Source of the DNA: Candidatus Kuenenia stuttgartensis | GTDB lineage: Bacteria; Planctomycetota; Brocadiia; Brocadiales; Brocadiaceae | Reading direction: 5' to 3' | Length of the DNA stretch: 32,000 nt | Assembly (NCBI RefSeq): GCF_900232105.1 | Contig: NZ_LT934425.1 | Span: forward strand, 990,001-1,022,000 | In this document: positions 26,685 to 32,000 of the stretch, piece after piece | Numbering within the stretch: the first letter of the stretch is position 1 | Layout of the letters: each line of letters opens with the position of its first letter | The notes under the pieces: model-generated | Databases searched by the model: none | What the model saw: only the letters and a program-made list of their open reading frames with translations | Told to the model about the DNA's origin: nothing | Position numbers and translations under genes: made by a program

Positions 26685-27377
26685 TTATTTCAAGGAATAG
26701 CTCTTTCCAAACATTTCTATCCCAATCCATCTTCCCTCAGAAGCAACCAATAACCGTCCCTTACCGGTAATAAGCAAGAACAATACGAGTAAAGGAAATA
26801 CTACCGGAAAGGCAATTATCAGGACAGAAAGTGTCACAAAAATTACAGGCACAGAGGTAACAAGGATTACCGCCAGTATAGGGAAGATCAACATAAATAC
26901 GATGATAAGGATTCCAAACGCAAACATTAAAGCAGGAGGCAGGACAAAGATGGAGATTAATCCCCAAAATACCTTTCCGAACTTGCCGGAGATTTGTTTA
27001 TCACGCAAAATAACCCCGTTTTTTAAATCTTCCCGGGGCAAAAATGGAATTTCGGGGAGGTCTTCAATGCCTGTTTCTTCCAGCGTAACTTCTTCTGAAG
27101 TTGTGCTTCCTGCAACAGGAACGGCAAGGGTGTAGTCTGATTCTTCCACACCCTCACTTTTCATTACCGAAAGGTCAGCGTTTTCTTCTTTCTGCATAAC
27201 CTCTGCTTCAGATGGTTCTTCAATGCCTGTTTCCTTCAGTGCAACTTCTTCTGGGGTTGCGCTTCCCGCAACAGGATCGGTAAGGGTAGGGTTGTCTTCT
27301 TCAATGCCTTCCCTTTGGATTTCAGAACCGGCAGTGTCTTTTTCTGTTTCTTTTTTCTTTCTTTTCCAAATTGCCAT
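26685..27377 (-). CDS. Hypothetical protein with C-terminal hydrophobic region and an internally duplicated acidic N-terminal segment
   Basis: Continuous 230-aa ORF; repeated PVAGS.T.EEV.L.ETGIE segment; long hydrophobic stretches near the C-terminus. Confidence 0.7.
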   Translation of the reverse strand: MAIWKRKKKETEKDTAGSEIQREGIEEDNPTLTDPVAGSATPEEVALKETGIEEPSEAEVMQKEENADLSVMKSEGVEESDYTLAVPVAGSTTSEEVTLEETGIEDLPEIPFLPREDLKNGVILRDKQISGKFGKVFWGLISIFVLPPALMFAFGILIIVFMLIFPILAVILVTSVPVIFVTLSVLIIAFPVVFPLLVLFLLITGKGRLLVASEGRWIGIEMFGKSYSLK

Positions 27378-27400
27378 AGTACTGTAACCTTATTATTTTA

Positions 27401-27877
27401 TTAAGTATTTTCGTGTAAACCCGCTATTGCTTGTGCTGCGATCGCTTCCCCGCGGCCAATTGCATCTACACCTTCCATTGTTGTTGCCTTTATGTTTACC
27501 CTGTTTGTATTTAAATGTAACAATTGTGCTATATACTGTCTCATTTCCTGTTTTCTCAAGCCTATTTTTGGTTTTTGCGCTAGTATGATGACGTCTATAT
27601 TATTGATTTTAAAATTGCCTTCTTTTAAAAGATCAACAACTTTTAAAAGAATAACCGAACTGGAAACATCTTTCCATTTTTCGTCGGTATCGGGGAAGTG
27701 TTCTCCAATATCGCCAAGAGCTGCAGCCCCTAACAATGCGTCACAGATAGCATGAATAACCACATCCGCATCGGAATGACCCAGTAAGCCGAGATGGTAA
27801 TCAAACGAAACCCCACCTAAAATAAGCTTCCGGTTTTCGACTAGACGATGAATATCATATCCAATCCCAAAGAGCAT
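27401..27877 (-). CDS. ispF: 2-C-methyl-D-erythritol 2,4-cyclodiphosphate synthase
   Basis: GIGYDIHRLVENRKLILGGVSFDYHLGLLGHSDADVVIHAICDALLGAAALGDIGEHFPDTD. Confidence 0.97.
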   Translation of the reverse strand: MLFGIGYDIHRLVENRKLILGGVSFDYHLGLLGHSDADVVIHAICDALLGAAALGDIGEHFPDTDEKWKDVSSSVILLKVVDLLKEGNFKINNIDVIILAQKPKIGLRKQEMRQYIAQLLHLNTNRVNIKATTMEGVDAIGRGEAIAAQAIAGLHENT

Positions 27878-27909
27878 ACAAAATAGTTCCCCATTAACTT
27901 ACTTTTTGT

Positions 27910-29667
27910 TTAGCTAAGACCGCTCTTCCGCATAAGGTTTTTAACACTTTCCAACAATGCATTTACTTCTGAAATTTGCCGTGTCGTTTCTTCCCTTTCC
28001 GTCCATCTGAGATCACGATAAGATGAAATGTTGTTGCTTATATCTTCAATTACACGATCGATAGCCTTATTCACCTCAAACTTCATAAACTCCACAAAAC
28101 GTTCACAGATAGCGTCTGCCCGCCTTAAAAATTCATTTCTGAAGGTTTTACGCTTTTGAGGGAAAATAGCTAACCCTATAAAAGCCAGTGCTACAGAAAT
28201 ACCTATCGTTACCGGTGGAGGCGCGATCCAGGAAAACATCATTATTCCCACAACGCCAATTCCTATAGCAAATGTTTCGATGAGCAGAAAACTGATAAAA
28301 CCTGCTTGCACTAATCCATTAAGTTTTTCAGATTCCCGTTCCGTATCCAATTCCCGAAACTCTTTGGAACGGGTCTTTAATGCAACTTCAATTTCATGTT
28401 TGCGGTCATCATAATGGCGTTCAATATGCCCGTTAACTATATTCCCCGCCATGCGGTCATACCCAACTTCCTTCTCAACATGATCTCTGGCCATATCCCA
28501 TAATGCACGGTTATTTCGTGCCACATAATCAACTACATCATCAATAATTCGGTCGAGGTCTGTTTGCGGATTTAAAAGCCCATACACCTCTCTTTTAAAT
28601 CGGTCATTCAGTTTTTCTCTTCCTATTTTTGACATAAGAACCGATCTGGCAGTAACATAAGTGTTTAAAAAATTTTCTAGTTTTTCTTTTAATCGCGAGA
28701 ATACCAGCCTGATCTCATCTTTATATTTTAACGTGTACTCCTGCATATCCTGTTTTTTGTTTTTCAGGCGCGTTTCAAATCTTTCAATATTTTTAATATC
28801 CGTGTTGCATTTATTCACCTTTTCCCCAAGCCTTTGTTGTAGTTCGGTGAATACATTAAACAGATATTTTAAAGGGCTTACGAGTTTGAAATCTATTTTT
28901 GTATCAAGGTCAAGTTTTTCAAACATAAACGCCTCAACTTCTTCAATACCGCTCTGTTTCAGCAGCGCTTCATTATTTTCGCTTCGTGCTTTGTATGCCT
29001 CTTTTGCGGAAACGGATAAAACCTTTGGCTCAAAACCCAGCAGCCGGTAACAATTTTTTTCCACAAACGATATAATATCAATAAGCTCTTTCGGCGTCTT
29101 TAAATCAATTTTATTCAGTATAAAAAGTACCTTACGTCCCCATTTACCCTTTAAGAATTGCAAAAACTGCCGTTCGCTTTCGGTAAAAGGATGATCGGCA
29201 GAGGTAATGAAGAGTACGAGTTCAGCCCTGTGTACAAAACCTTCCGTTAGTGCGGAGTGTTCTAAAATAATTGAATTTGTTCCCGGCGTGTCTACCAGGG
29301 TAATATCTTTCAAAACCTCCATCGGGTATGTTGCCCGGCATAAATGGTCTCCTACCTCCTTTACTTCCACTTTATCCCCATAGGTCAGCAAAGTAATTCT
29401 GTTAGTGGTGGGGGTCGGGCCATCCACTAAGACACGTTCACCACACAAGGCATTGATAAAACTGGATTTGCCGGAATTATATTCTCCTGCAACCAGCAAA
29501 TAGAAAGGTTCTTCCAATTGAGAACGCATTTCCTCTACTCGTTTCTCCATCTCTGTAATACCAATTCTTTCGAAGAATTTTTTTGAATTATCCAGCAAAT
29601 TTACTATTTCCGGATAGATATCTCTTCGCTGTGTCTTTGATGTGATGTTTAACATAGATTGGATCAA
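27910..29667 (-). CDS. Dynamin-family GTPase (bacterial dynamin-like)
   Basis: GEYNSGKSSFINALCGERVLVDGPTPTTNRITLL, TLVDTPGTNSII, NKIDL, C-terminal paired hydrophobic segments. Confidence 0.9.
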   Translation of the reverse strand: MIQSMLNITSKTQRRDIYPEIVNLLDNSKKFFERIGITEMEKRVEEMRSQLEEPFYLLVAGEYNSGKSSFINALCGERVLVDGPTPTTNRITLLTYGDKVEVKEVGDHLCRATYPMEVLKDITLVDTPGTNSIILEHSALTEGFVHRAELVLFITSADHPFTESERQFLQFLKGKWGRKVLFILNKIDLKTPKELIDIISFVEKNCYRLLGFEPKVLSVSAKEAYKARSENNEALLKQSGIEEVEAFMFEKLDLDTKIDFKLVSPLKYLFNVFTELQQRLGEKVNKCNTDIKNIERFETRLKNKKQDMQEYTLKYKDEIRLVFSRLKEKLENFLNTYVTARSVLMSKIGREKLNDRFKREVYGLLNPQTDLDRIIDDVVDYVARNNRALWDMARDHVEKEVGYDRMAGNIVNGHIERHYDDRKHEIEVALKTRSKEFRELDTERESEKLNGLVQAGFISFLLIETFAIGIGVVGIMMFSWIAPPPVTIGISVALAFIGLAIFPQKRKTFRNEFLRRADAICERFVEFMKFEVNKAIDRVIEDISNNISSYRDLRWTEREETTRQISEVNALLESVKNLMRKSGLS

Positions 29668-29764
29668 ATACTGTAAAGTGAAAAATGGTTATTAAGGAAT
29701 ACCTTTGCGTTAATTGTTGCGAAGGTTGATGTTATCAATTTTAGCAATGCAAGTCAATTTCTTT

Positions 29765-30148
29765 TCAGCCGGCAGTTGCAATGGCTTCGATCTCGATAGC
29801 AACGTCCTTCGGCAGCCTGGACACCTGCACCGCAGCTCTGGCTGGCGGTTCATTTTGAAAAAATTCCTTATAGACGTCATTCACCGCCGCATAATCATTT
29901 AAATCCTTCATAAAAATAGTCGTCTTTACCACCTTATCCAAAGAAGCACCTGCCGCATCCAATATATTTCTCAAATTATTTAAAACCTGTCGTGTTTGTA
30001 CCGCAGCATCGCCATGTAATGTTTCACCTGTTTCGGGTATTATAGGAATTTGTCCGGAAACAAATACCAGATTGCCGGCCTTAATAGCCTGGGAATATGG
30101 ACCAATTGCCGCAGGCGCAGCCTTTGTTGAGATTACCATTTTTTTCAT
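29765..30148 (-). CDS. RidA family protein (reactive intermediate/imine deaminase)
   Basis: [33 protein letters not shown]...[22 protein letters not shown]...[22 protein letters not shown]. Confidence 0.95.
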   Translation of the reverse strand: MKKMVISTKAAPAAIGPYSQAIKAGNLVFVSGQIPIIPETGETLHGDAAVQTRQVLNNLRNILDAAGASLDKVVKTTIFMKDLNDYAAVNDVYKEFFQNEPPARAAVQVSRLPKDVAIEIEAIATAG

Positions 30149-30527
30149 TTATTTACTCTCTTAATTAATGAAAGATGTACACTCTGCGAAGATGTTAAAA
30201 TCGGGGAGATGGGAAGCCCTTTTTATTCAAATAGATTTGCAAACAACACGGTTTTTTCATTGATTACACACGTCTTTTTTGCTTCAATCCTTCCCGGTTT
30301 GTGTCTTCTGCTGAATTTAGCCCGGTAAGGTTAGGTTTTGTGCCTCAACCCAACCTTATAACTTACATAAACTTTGTGCGCAGAAGGCTCGTGTATATTT
30401 CATTACGATTTTTCCAAATTTTTAATAAGTATATCTTTTTATCATGCACCGGTAAAAGTATTTTTTCTGCAAATGTGATTGTTTATTTCCTTTTATCTCA
30501 CAATTAAGGTTTTTTAATTAAATATTC

Positions 30528-31262
30528 ATGCGTAACGTACGCCTTACTATTGAATACGAAGGTACTAATTATGCGGGCTGGCAATGGCAAAAAAACGCCA
30601 TTTCGGTACAGGAGACCCTTACCCATGCAGTAAGGACCGTTATCCGGGAAGAGGTGGAAATACATGGTGCAGGCAGGACTGACGCCGGAGTACATGCCCT
30701 TGGCCAGGTTGCCAATTTTAAAACGTATTCTGCCATTCCTGCAAAACAGCTATTACGGGCAATAAATTTTCACTTGCCACAAGATATTACAATAAAAGAT
30801 GTTGCCGACATGGAAGAAGGTTTTCATGCACGATACAGTGCGACGTCTAAGGTGTACCGGTACACCGTGTTGAATGACTGGTTAAGAACCTCCCTGAATC
30901 GTAATTTTTGTTATGTGTATGGCTTCCCATTAGATCTTTCTAAAATGATGACAGCGGCGCAATACCTTATCGGCACCCATGATTTTACTTCATTTACCAC
31001 AAAGGCCTTGGATAATAAGGACAGGATACGGACAATCAAGAACCTGGAGATTCAGAAAGAGGGGAAATATATTTATTTTGTAGTTGAAGCAAACGGCTTT
31101 TTATACAAAATGGTAAGAACGATTGTCGGTACACTCCTGGAAATAGGACGTGGAAAAATGGACGTCTATCTTATAAGAAAACTCTTAGAGACCGGGAACA
31201 GAGATGACGCCGGCCCAACGGCCCCTGCGAAAGGATTATGCATGAAAGAAGTAAAATATTAA
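30528..31262 (+). CDS. truA: tRNA pseudouridine(38-40) synthase
   Basis: RLTIEYEGTNYAGWQWQ, GAGRTDAGVHALGQVANF, GFLYKMVRTIVGTLLEIGRGK. Confidence 0.96.
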   Translation: MRNVRLTIEYEGTNYAGWQWQKNAISVQETLTHAVRTVIREEVEIHGAGRTDAGVHALGQVANFKTYSAIPAKQLLRAINFHLPQDITIKDVADMEEGFHARYSATSKVYRYTVLNDWLRTSLNRNFCYVYGFPLDLSKMMTAAQYLIGTHDFTSFTTKALDNKDRIRTIKNLEIQKEGKYIYFVVEANGFLYKMVRTIVGTLLEIGRGKMDVYLIRKLLETGNRDDAGPTAPAKGLCMKEVKY

Positions 31263-31397
31263 TATGTAGCGTCTGACCCGAATAAATGAGGTACGAAGTA
31301 CGCGAATTACGATTTAAATCGTAATTCGTAATTCGTAAAATGTTACGTTGACATAAATTTTAAAATTGGCTATAGTTATGTAGATTTTTGAAAGGAC

Positions 31398-31730
31398 TTG
31401 CAGATGATATCAATTGAAGATTTTTTACGGGTAGAGTTACGAGTTGCGGTAATAAAACATGCGGAGCCGCACCCAAATGCGGACAAATTGTTAGTATTAA
31501 AGATTGACGCCGGCGATGGAAACCAGGAAAGGCAGATTGTTGCCGGGATAAAAAACTATTACACCCCGGAAGAACTTATCGGAAAACAAATTGTTATCGT
31601 AAACAACCTTGCTCCCTCTGTCATTCGGGGCGTTGAAAGCCAGGGTATGCTGCTTGCCGCAAAAGATGCAGAAAAATTAGCAATCTTAACGACAGAAAAA
31701 AACGTTCAACCCGGTTCAGGAATCCAATAA
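31398..31730 (+). CDS. tRNA-binding domain protein (MetRS beta-chain/C-terminal domain-like)
   Basis: ISIEDFLRVELRVAVIKHAEPHPNADKLLVLKIDAGDGNQERQIVAGIKNYYTPEELIGKQIVIVNNLAP...GVESQGMLLAA. Confidence 0.9.
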   Translation: MQMISIEDFLRVELRVAVIKHAEPHPNADKLLVLKIDAGDGNQERQIVAGIKNYYTPEELIGKQIVIVNNLAPSVIRGVESQGMLLAAKDAEKLAILTTEKNVQPGSGIQ

Positions 31731-31784
31731 ATCGCAACAATAAATCCTAAAATCCTATTTTGCAGAAATATGGTATAGTGTTCT

Positions 31785-32000
31785 GTGCTGCAAGAATTAT
31801 ATATTTCCAATTTTGTATTAATTGATAAAGCAACCATTACGCTCAGTGAAAGATTAAATGTATTCAGCGGGGCGACAGGGGTGGGGAAATCTCTTGTAAT
31901 TGGCGCTTTACATTTTATTCTTGGCGGTCGTTTTACGCAGGACATTGTGCGAAACGGCAAAGATGAGGCAGTGGTGGTTGGCAAATTTTACCTGAAGGAC
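31785..32000 (+). CDS. recN: DNA repair protein RecN, N-terminal part (runs off the window)
   Basis: From GTG at 31785: VLQELYISNFVLIDKATITLSERLNVFSGATGVGKSLVIGALHFILGGRFTQDIVRNGKDEAVVVGKFYLKD. Confidence 0.85.
   Translation, partial: MLQELYISNFVLIDKATITLSERLNVFSGATGVGKSLVIGALHFILGGRFTQDIVRNGKDEAVVVGKFYLKD

Noticed and set aside
1-32000. tRNA/rRNA genes
   Set aside because: No convincing GGTTC.A-type T-arm with a cloverleaf context was noticed; a tRNAscan-SE/Infernal run would be needed to exclude them.

Overview
The window appears to come from a bacterial chromosome, possibly an anammox-type planctomycete (inference from gene content and repeat style only, not tested). It has three zones. 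(1) About 1-8.1 kb is an accessory island on the minus strand: two UPF0175/DUF3368-PIN modules, a YgiT-zinc-finger/DUF4258 pair, a VapBC-like pair, a GxxExxY gene, an IS1634-like insertion sequence and a decayed group II intron. A 219-bp non-coding repeat and shorter fragments of it lie upstream of these modules. (2) About 8.3-21.5 kb is an exopolysaccharide locus on the minus strand: a nucleotide-sugar dehydrogenase, a Wzz/BY-kinase, a Wza-like export protein, glmS, a PqqD-like protein and a CapD-like dehydratase. It is interspersed with palindromic MITE-like repeats. A second IS1634-like IS lies at 22.6-24.6 kb. (3) About 25-32 kb is housekeeping: serS, ispF, a dynamin-like GTPase, ridA, truA, a tRNA-binding-domain protein and the recN start. 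The most notable observation is a compact gene set at 18.18-21.51 kb. It contains a CapD-like dehydratase fused at its C-terminus to an apparently degenerate HprK-related kinase-like domain, then a PqqD-like protein, then a previously unlisted 46-aa ORF (18179..18319, minus) with a YxxP motif and a serine-containing C-terminus. This looks like a candidate RiPP-type or phosphopeptide-modification cassette embedded in an EPS operon. Second is a BY-kinase with a DUF4388-like domain inserted between its Walker A' and Walker B motifs. All domain calls are by eye from the translations; no database search was run.
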